From positions 12,013-76,012 of the forward strand of contig CANQZW010000001.1 of assembly GCA_947628435.1 (NCBI GenBank): 64,000 nucleotides of DNA, read 5' to 3'. The position numbers and the translations under genes were made by a program. Within the stretch, counting starts at the first letter, position 1, and each line of letters begins with the position of its first letter. Under the pieces are notes generated by a model that was given only the letters and a program-made list of their open reading frames with translations, was not told the origin of the DNA and searched no databases. Shown here piece by piece: positions 57,334-64,000 of the stretch. Source of the stretch: an uncultured Bacilli bacterium (GTDB taxonomy: Bacteria > Bacillota_I > Bacilli_A > RF39 > UBA660).

Positions 57334-58587
57334 TTAATTATCAAAAAAGTAGCTAAAAACTCTTGCGAATACCGAATCACTTCTACCTATTCTTGTCTTA
57401 CTATGTACCAAGTTATCAGCATCGTCACTACTAAACATTGAATACTGTTTTTCTTTAAATTTTATTTTTTTAATAAAGTGCTTAATTGCACCAGATACGG
57501 TGATAAATCTTGCTTTCCTAATACCTAATGTATTTAAGCTATACGTTTTTGCATCCTTACCAAACATATCCTCTAAAACAAAATTGATACCAGGCATATC
57601 TGTTATTCCACCTATAACCATTATATAACGAATTTGTTTATTTGTTAATACTTTTAATTCATTTTTCGCAACATTTAAAATTTCTGATAGTCTTTTATTT
57701 ATGATTTGAGATAATTCAAACTGATTTATACTAACTAATTTTTCATTTATATCTCTTACCTCGTAAGTTTCACTTTTACTAGCATATCTTGGATTTGCAA
57801 TACCAAAATTTTCCTTTATTTTACGTGCGGTTTTCTTAGACGTATAATATATATAAGATATATCTTCATCAATAACCTTACTTCCGATTTTTAAAGTCGA
57901 ACTATTAGTTATTATTCCTTTATTAAATACTGAAACGACAGTAGAGTCCTTACCAATATTAATTAAAGCACCACATAAGTTATCCATCTCATCATTTTTA
58001 ACCTGCTCATAATCACAAATTGAGGATAACTCTAAATCAACCACCTGTATTCCTGCTGCCTCAACTACCTTAACATAAGATATAACATTTTGTTTTGGTA
58101 CTAATGCAAGCATTGCACGAATTGCTAACCTATCACAAATTTTATTAATTGGATCTTTTAAAGTTTCCATCTCTGAACCATTTTCATAAATAGTAAAATC
58201 TATCGGAGTTATGCTAACAAGTTCCATATTAGGTAATACCTCATTTAAGCATGCATTTTGCACTCTTATAATATCCTTTTGAGTAACCATTTTTTCATCA
58301 TTTATAATAGGAATATTTCCATGAACAAGACTATACTGAGCATCTAAACAAGGCATTATAAGGATTGCTTTTTTTATATTAACATTAATTCTTGAATTAA
58401 TATCATCGATTGCTAACTTAAGTCTTTGTAAAACAAGGTCTTCATCAGTAATCATACCATTTTTAATACCCTTCGTTCTTACCGATGAAACAGCTAAAGT
58501 ACGCTGCTTACCCTGATAATACTCACTTACTAAAATACGAATTGTATCAGACCCAATATCGATACTCGTATAAATTTTTTTCATTGG
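57334..58587 (-). CDS. ftsA: cell division protein FtsA
   Basis: Actin-like ATPase collinear with FtsA. Start MPMKKIYTSIDIG. Confidence 0.93.
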   Translation of the reverse strand, partial: PMKKIYTSIDIGSDTIRILVSEYYQGKQRTLAVSSVRTKGIKNGMITDEDLVLQRLKLAIDDINSRINVNIKKAILIMPCLDAQYSLVHGNIPIINDEKMVTQKDIIRVQNACLNEVLPNMELVSITPIDFTIYENGSEMETLKDPINKICDRLAIRAMLALVPKQNVISYVKVVEAAGIQVVDLELSSICDYEQVKNDEMDNLCGALINIGKDSTVVSVFNKGIITNSSTLKIGSKVIDEDISYIYYTSKKTARKIKENFGIANPRYASKSETYEVRDINEKLVSINQFELSQIINKRLSEILNVAKNELKVLTNKQIRYIMVIGGITDMPGINFVLEDMFGKDAKTYSLNTLGIRKARFITVSGAIKHFIKKIKFKEKQYSMFSSDDADNLVHSKTRIGRSDSVFARVFSYFFDN

Positions 58588-58736
58588 CATTACCCCTATC
58601 ATATATTTTTACCCTACAAAAGAATTATACTATATAATTTAAAATTTTAAAATACGTAATTAATATTTTATAACTCACATTACAATGCTTATATTAAAAT
58701 AATAACATAATCAAAAAATATAGTAAATAAAAAAGA

Positions 58737-59405
58737 TTATTTAACCTCAAAATAATCTCCATAGTCCAAATAAATAATCCCATTTTGCTTTCCTACGTTT
58801 TCTAAAATAGTATTATATTTATTTATTTTATTAAACTTATTAACGGTTAAATAAACCGAGTTACCATCATTCATATAAACATAATAGCGATCCTTATCTA
58901 TTTCATTAGGATCATATTTTATCTGTGACATCTGACATAAAATATCAGCATCAATTTTATTCATTGACTTTATAAATGTTTGTTTCTTATCCTTAGGAAT
59001 CTCATTAGTTAAAAACGGTGCACAAACAATTTTATCATCATTTATAATACCATTTATCGTTACTTTATCATTAGTTGATGCATCAATATATAAAACTTTT
59101 TTTTCTTTTATTTTTATTTTTATACTTAATATTGCTTTTGATACTTTAACATCAGAAACATATTGACTTTTAAGAATGTTTTTTTTAACTTGGTAAGTTA
59201 AGGTTTTGAAAAATGGTGGATAATCATCTAACTTTGCTAATTCTATTACTTCTTGATCCGTTAAAATGTTATTTCCTTTAATTATTATACTATTTATTCT
59301 AACATCAAAAACATTTATTAACGCAAAAGAAATTACTGAAAGAATCAGTAATAACAAAAACAGTCTACCTACTTTTAGTCTTCTTTTTTTCTTTTGCTTT
59401 TTCAT
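58737..59405 (-). CDS. divIB: cell division protein DivIB/FtsQ
   Basis: N-terminal TM plus POTRA-like domain, located between murB and ftsA. Confidence 0.65.
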   Translation of the reverse strand: MKKQKKKRRLKVGRLFLLLLILSVISFALINVFDVRINSIIIKGNNILTDQEVIELAKLDDYPPFFKTLTYQVKKNILKSQYVSDVKVSKAILSIKIKIKEKKVLYIDASTNDKVTINGIINDDKIVCAPFLTNEIPKDKKQTFIKSMNKIDADILCQMSQIKYDPNEIDKDRYYVYMNDGNSVYLTVNKFNKINKYNTILENVGKQNGIIYLDYGDYFEVK

Positions 59406-59408
59406 ACG

Positions 59409-60314
59409 TTACTCCCAATTAACAAATTCTTGTTCTATTTTTAAATCAACACCTGTTTTATTTTTTACCGTATCATGCACGTAATCAATTAGATTTTTAA
59501 TGTCACTTGCACTAGCACTACCACAATTAATAATAAAATTCGCATGTTTTTCACTTACCTTTGCACCACCAATAAAATATCCTTTAAGATTACAATTTTC
59601 TATTAATCTACCTGCAAAATCATCTTTTGGATTTCTAAAAACAGAACCCGCAGAAGGATATTCTAAAGGCTGTGTTAAAAGTCTTTTTTGACGCCTTGTT
59701 TCCATTAATTCTTTAATTAATTTTTTATCTCCATGTCTTAAAACCATCTTTGCTTGTAAACATATATACTCTGGATTTTGTTTTAAAAATGAATTCCTAT
59801 ATTTATAATTTAAATCTTTATTATAAAGTGTTTTAATTTTAAGTTCAGGAGTTATAACTTTAACCTCAGATACGATATATCCCATATCAGAATTATAAGC
59901 TCCAGCGTTCATAAATACCGCACCACCAACTGAACCCGGAATACCACTTGCAAATTCTAATCCAGTAAGACCCTCTTTAAATGCTTTATATGATAATTTA
60001 ACTAAACTAGCGCCAGCTTGAGCAGTTATAATAGTATCTTTAATTTTTACTTTATCAAATAAATCTAATTTAATTATAACTCCATCATAATCATCATCAC
60101 TAAAAATAAGATTAGAACCATAACCTAAAATTTTATACTTAACATTTTCTTCTTTTAATTTTTTTAATAATAATAAAAGTTTTTTTTCATTTTTAGGATA
60201 AACCATTACTTTAGCATTACCACCAACTTTATAGGTAGTATATTTTTTAAGACTTACCATTTGCTTTAAAACACCAATTTTTTTCTTTTTAATAAAACTA
60301 ATTATCTTTTCCAC
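59409..60314 (-). CDS. murB: UDP-N-acetylenolpyruvoylglucosamine reductase
   Basis: FAD-binding N-terminus and the MurB C-terminal domain (GAKVSEKHANFIIN). Confidence 0.9.
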   Translation of the reverse strand: MEKIISFIKKKKIGVLKQMVSLKKYTTYKVGGNAKVMVYPKNEKKLLLLLKKLKEENVKYKILGYGSNLIFSDDDYDGVIIKLDLFDKVKIKDTIITAQAGASLVKLSYKAFKEGLTGLEFASGIPGSVGGAVFMNAGAYNSDMGYIVSEVKVITPELKIKTLYNKDLNYKYRNSFLKQNPEYICLQAKMVLRHGDKKLIKELMETRRQKRLLTQPLEYPSAGSVFRNPKDDFAGRLIENCNLKGYFIGGAKVSEKHANFIINCGSASASDIKNLIDYVHDTVKNKTGVDLKIEQEFVNWE

Positions 60315-61398
60315 TATTATCCCCCACCAACTTTACAAGTTCATCATAAATAATAGAAGAACTGTTACTTACCTCAAAACTTTTTAAATTATTTTTTAAC
60401 TTATTAGCAAATGGTTTATCATATAATATTTTCTCTACCATACGCAAAACATCATCACCCTTTAAGTCTTTTTCTTCTAATAATAATGCCGCACCAGAAG
60501 ATACCAAATCCATAGCGTTTTTATATTGATGATTTTCCGTTACATAAGGACTTGGAACTAATATTGATGCAATATTTAAACAGGCAATCTCACTTAAAGT
60601 AGATGCACCCGCACGAGATATTAAAACGTCCGTTTTTTTCAAAAGTCTTGGTAAATTGTCAACGTAAGGAACTATTTTTATGTTTTTGGTGTATTTTGAA
60701 TTATTATACTCCTCATAATAATTTTTACCGGTTACAAACATAACCTCATACTCTTTATTATTAAATAACATAAGTATATCTTTCATCCTATCACTTATGG
60801 TTTTAGAACCCAATGAACCCATAACTATTAAAACTAATTTTTTATTAGGTGATAACCCATATTCTTGTTTGTCAGCTGGTTTAATTTTAAGAGCATTTTC
60901 ACCACACGGATTACCAGTATATATAACCTTATTTTTATCTTCCACACTATTAATTGAACTTTTAAAAGAAACAAATATTTTATCTGCAAATTTTGATGCG
61001 AATTTATTAGTAATACCAAATATAGAATTTTGTTCATGAATGCAGCATTTAACCCCTAACTTATGTGCTGCATAAACTACGGGTGCACAAACGTATCCAC
61101 CTACTCCTATTACAACATCGGGATTAAATTTTTTTATGATTTTCTTGCATCTTGAAATACCAGTTAAAAACAAATATAAACTCTTTAAATTCTTAGGACT
61201 TAAGCTACGTTTTAATCCCTCTATTTTTATTCCAATAAATTTAAAACCCTCTTTTGGAACAATATCTTTTTCCATTCTATTACTTGTTCCTATGTATAGT
61301 ATCTTAGAATTATTATCTTTTTCTTTTATTTTTTTTGCAATAGCAAGAGCAGGATAAATATGTCCTCCAGTTCCTCCTGCTGATATAATAACTTTCAA
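60298..61398 (-). CDS. murG: undecaprenyldiphospho-muramoylpentapeptide beta-N-acetylglucosaminyltransferase
   Basis: GGTGGHIYPALA N-terminus and the GT28 C-terminal domain. The likely start is TTG/GTG after AGGTG. Confidence 0.9.
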   Translation of the reverse strand: MKVIISAGGTGGHIYPALAIAKKIKEKDNNSKILYIGTSNRMEKDIVPKEGFKFIGIKIEGLKRSLSPKNLKSLYLFLTGISRCKKIIKKFNPDVVIGVGGYVCAPVVYAAHKLGVKCCIHEQNSIFGITNKFASKFADKIFVSFKSSINSVEDKNKVIYTGNPCGENALKIKPADKQEYGLSPNKKLVLIVMGSLGSKTISDRMKDILMLFNNKEYEVMFVTGKNYYEEYNNSKYTKNIKIVPYVDNLPRLLKKTDVLISRAGASTLSEIACLNIASILVPSPYVTENHQYKNAMDLVSSGAALLLEEKDLKGDDVLRMVEKILYDKPFANKLKNNLKSFEVSNSSSIIYDELVKLVGDNSGKDN

Positions 61399-61408
61399 AC
61401 GAATCACC

Positions 61409-61440
61409 TACTATAATCATTATACCATAATTATATGATT
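61409..61440 (-). promoter_or_regulatory. murG promoter with extended -10 (TGGTATAAT)
   Basis: Minus strand TATGGTATAATGATTATAGTAGGTGATTCGTTTG. Extended -10, then the RBS and start within ~20 nt. Confidence 0.5.
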
Positions 61441-61482
61441 TTAATATAAGAAAAAGAAGATGTTTACATACAACAAAAAAAT

Positions 61483-61512
61483 AACGATCCTGATAAAACC
61501 GTTATTTTTTAG
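61483..61512 (-). terminator. intrinsic terminator closing the 61515-61700 element
   Basis: Minus strand AATAACGG-TTTTATCAGGAT-CGTTATTTTTTT. Confidence 0.65.
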
Positions 61513-61514
61513 TT

Positions 61515-61700
61515 TACGAATGAAAAATCACTCTGACCATAGGCAAACCCTAAGGCCATTTTTAAATATTATCAGTATTTAATGTGACATCTTATTCTTA
61601 TGAGTTTTCTTTCTCACTTACAATTGTAAAGCCTAGATTCAAATAAGATTAGTTACCCAAACTATTTTCAACTACTATACAGTAGGCTAGATGATAAAAA
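61515..61700 (-). ncRNA. candidate structured or non-coding RNA element (unidentified)
   Basis: GC-enriched relative to its surroundings (GGCCTTAGGGTTTGCCTATGGTCAGAGTG). Local hairpins (CTACTGTATAGTAG), a perfect 12-nt palindrome TTACAATTGTAA, bracketed by two intrinsic terminators, no ORF. Confidence 0.25.
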
Positions 61701-61705
61701 TATAA

Positions 61706-61745
61706 TTTAGACAGAAACGAACTTTCTATCTAAATGCTTACCTCT
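61706..61745 (-). terminator. intrinsic terminator of the dacF-like gene (UUCG tetraloop hairpin)
   Basis: Minus strand TTTAGATAGAAAG-TTCG-TTTCTGTCTAAA followed by TTATATTTTT. Confidence 0.6.
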
Positions 61746-61839
61746 AACAACTTCCTCTAGGTTAATTTAATTGTAACATTTTATCGATTTTTGTCAATAG
61801 TATTTTTAATTTTTAGTGTAAATAGTGTAAAAATACTTT

Positions 61840-63057
61840 TTATAAGCTTCCTGATATTATACTTTTTATCGATCTTTTATATAATTGTATTATACTTGCT
61901 TTTTTAACATCTTCTTTAACAGTTAAATCGACTTTTCCAATAACTTTATTAGCATCTTTTAGTTTTAATATTCCTATTTTATCACCTTTTTTAACTGGTA
62001 ATTTTATTTTATTTAATTCTAATTCATAATTTAAGCTTTTATTTTCTTCCCCTTTTTCAATTAATATACTAGCATCTTTTTTAGGCACTATTTCAATTAC
62101 TTCATTTTTTGCCTTTGAAATATTTTTTTTAGATACTACCTGCCCTTTTTTTACCTCTACTTGCATTTCATAAGAATTAAATCCATAATCTAAAAGAGTT
62201 GACATATTACTATTTCTTTTCTTACTATCAGATGCACCCATTATAGTTGCTATAAGTCTCATATCATCTTTTTTTGCCGTTGCGGTTAAACAATAACCAG
62301 CCTCTTTTGTATAACCTGTTTTAAGTCCATCTGCACCCTCATAAGTTTTAATTAATTTATTAGTATTAACAAGCCAAAACTTATTATCAGTATTTTGTCT
62401 TAGATAATCTTCATATATAGTTGTAAACTCAAATATTTTCTCATATTTTATTAATTCTTTTGCCATCATAGCCATGTCGTATGCTGATGAGTAATGATTT
62501 GCCTCATCAAGTCCAACAGCATTCTTAAAATTAGTATCTTTAAGTCCTAATTCTTTAGCTTTTTCATTCATTTTCTTTACAAACTTTTTTTCTGTTCCAG
62601 ATATTCTTTCTGCAAAAACAACGGTTGCATCATTTGCAGAACCAATTGCTACGGCTTTAAATAAATCTTTAACACTCATTTTTTCATTTGGTTGTAAAAA
62701 TATTTGCGATCCTCCCATTGATGCAGCATACTCACTTGCAACTAAATTTTCATTCCAACTTAATTTTCCATCGCCAATTGCTTCCATAATAAGTATCATA
62801 CTCATAATTTTTGTCATAGACGCCGGAGCATACCTATCGTGAGAATTTTTTTCATATAATACTTTACCTGTTGTTGATTCAATTAAAATTGCACTTTTTC
62901 CATCATTTAACAAATCATCTTCTGTGGTTTGGTTTTCTTTTTCTTCTTTTATTACGTTTGAATTAGTTGTTTGATTTCCAGTTTCTTGCTTTGTTATAGC
63001 ACAAACAAAAGGAATAAAAACAAACATACAAACTATAAAAAGACATATTTTTTTCAT
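61840..63057 (-). CDS. D-alanyl-D-alanine carboxypeptidase (PBP5-type; DacA/DacF-like)
   Basis: Signal peptide, SMTK (SxxK), SAND (SxN) and KTGYT (KTG) motifs. C-terminal PBP5_C domain. Confidence 0.85.
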   Translation of the reverse strand: MKKICLFIVCMFVFIPFVCAITKQETGNQTTNSNVIKEEKENQTTEDDLLNDGKSAILIESTTGKVLYEKNSHDRYAPASMTKIMSMILIMEAIGDGKLSWNENLVASEYAASMGGSQIFLQPNEKMSVKDLFKAVAIGSANDATVVFAERISGTEKKFVKKMNEKAKELGLKDTNFKNAVGLDEANHYSSAYDMAMMAKELIKYEKIFEFTTIYEDYLRQNTDNKFWLVNTNKLIKTYEGADGLKTGYTKEAGYCLTATAKKDDMRLIATIMGASDSKKRNSNMSTLLDYGFNSYEMQVEVKKGQVVSKKNISKAKNEVIEIVPKKDASILIEKGEENKSLNYELELNKIKLPVKKGDKIGILKLKDANKVIGKVDLTVKEDVKKASIIQLYKRSIKSIISGSL

Positions 63058-63116
63058 TTAAACACCTCTAATAAAAAATATGTCTTTTAAACAAATTTAT
63101 ACATTTAAGTTTTACT

Positions 63117-64000
63117 TTATCTAATAATGGTATATACAAGTGGAAATCCATTATCTTTTGTATCACTTAAAATAAATGATTTTTCTACATTTTTATCATT
63201 AACTTTTTTATCATCATAATAAATAGTTGCTAATACATCACCTTTTTTTACATAATCACCTATATGCTTTTTTATAATTATTCCTACCCCATAATTTATA
63301 ACATCATCTTTATTTACTCTACCACTACCCATATATAAACATTCATTAGCAAGACAAGTTTCATCAATATCTCTTATGTATCCCTCATAATTAGCATGAA
63401 CATCATAACTATTTTTAGCTTCTTTTATGTTATTTATATCACCATGTTGATATTTAACAAATTCTTTAAATTTATTTAATGCTTTTTTACTTTTAAAAGC
63501 TTCTTCAGCTTGCATTTGAGCTTCCTGTAATGAGATGTTTTTACCCATACTAATCATATAAGAAGAAATAGTAATGCATAAGTTCGTTAACCTTTTATCA
63601 CCATGTCCCTCAAGAGTTTTTATTGCCTCTTTAACCTCTAATGCATTTCCAATCGAGCATCCTAAAGGTTCGTTCATATCCGTTATAAGTGCTATTGTTT
63701 CTTTATTAAAACGTTTACCAAGAAATACCATCATTTTTGCTAAATTCAAAGATTCTTCAAAATCAGTTATTAACGCTCCAGAGCCTGTTTTAACATCTAA
63801 TATTATTTTATCAGCTCCCGCAGCTATTTTTTTACTCATAATAGATGATGCTATTAAAGGTATTGATCTTGTAGTACCTGTAACATCTCTTAGAGCATAT
63901 ATTTTTTTATCTGCTGGAACAATATCTTTTGTTTGTTCTGCATCTACTATACCTATTTCTTTTACTTGCTTAATAAATTCTTCTTCACTTAAATTAGACT
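63117..64000 (-). CDS. pdp: pyrimidine-nucleoside phosphorylase (3' two-thirds; gene continues past the window end)
   Basis: TRSIPLIASSIMSKKIAAGADKIILDVKTGSGA and the C-terminal domain. The reading frame is open to position 64000. Confidence 0.88.
   Translation of the reverse strand, partial: SNLSEEEFIKQVKEIGIVDAEQTKDIVPADKKIYALRDVTGTTRSIPLIASSIMSKKIAAGADKIILDVKTGSGALITDFEESLNLAKMMVFLGKRFNKETIALITDMNEPLGCSIGNALEVKEAIKTLEGHGDKRLTNLCITISSYMISMGKNISLQEAQMQAEEAFKSKKALNKFKEFVKYQHGDINNIKEAKNSYDVHANYEGYIRDIDETCLANECLYMGSGRVNKDDVINYGVGIIIKKHIGDYVKKGDVLATIYYDDKKVNDKNVEKSFILSDTKDNGFPLVYTIIR

Noticed and set aside
61515-61700. Assignment of the intergenic element to RNase P RNA, tmRNA, SRP RNA or 6S RNA
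   Set aside because: The conserved signatures I know are absent: the RNase P P4 region, the tmRNA tRNA-like ends and tag ORF, and the SRP domain IV GGAA/AGCAGCC. The length and shape fit none of them well. It is kept only as an unidentified candidate.

Overview
This is a very AT-rich stretch (roughly 25% GC by eye) of a Firmicutes, Clostridia-like chromosome. Almost every gene is on the minus strand. The conserved backbone is typical of an endospore former. It carries translation and ribosome-biogenesis genes (rbgA/ylqF, lepB, rplS, trmD, rimM, polC, ezrA/rpsD divergent pair, glyQS behind a T-box leader, recO-yqzL-era-dgkA-ybeY, yqfC/yqfD, rpsU, rpmF-yceD, nfo, rsmD, ylbD/E/F). It also carries sporulation genes (spoIIGA-sigE, spoIIIAH-like, gerE-like, gerM-like) and the division and cell-wall block murG-murB-divIB-ftsA-ftsZ, plus dacF-like and pdp. 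Accessory content is as follows. (1) Between lepB and the 5' end of rbgA/ylqF sits a tandem array of three cassette-like units. Each unit is headed by a ~200-bp repeat that begins with a decayed copy of the ylqF start. The cargo is a Bro-N protein, a frameshifted RhuM plus DinD, and a small Cys-containing protein, and a frameshifted S41 peptidase lies next to the array. (2) A two-peptide double-glycine-leader bacteriocin-like pair with a C39-peptidase ABC exporter lies next to tRNA-Arg(TCT). (3) A Tad/Flp-type pilus assembly operon (two tadE-like genes, cpaE, cpaF, tadB, tadC) has no pilin or prepilin peptidase in cis. (4) Three paralogous single-pass membrane proteins share an N-terminal KVGRP(K/R)LAD motif, and two of them sit directly downstream of the Tad operon. 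Other points are TrmD with a 160-aa extension, tandem dgkA paralogs, an orphan spoIIIAH next to two coiled-coil and Pro-rich proteins, and a GC-enriched ~180-nt intergenic element upstream of murG. No rRNA or CRISPR was seen.
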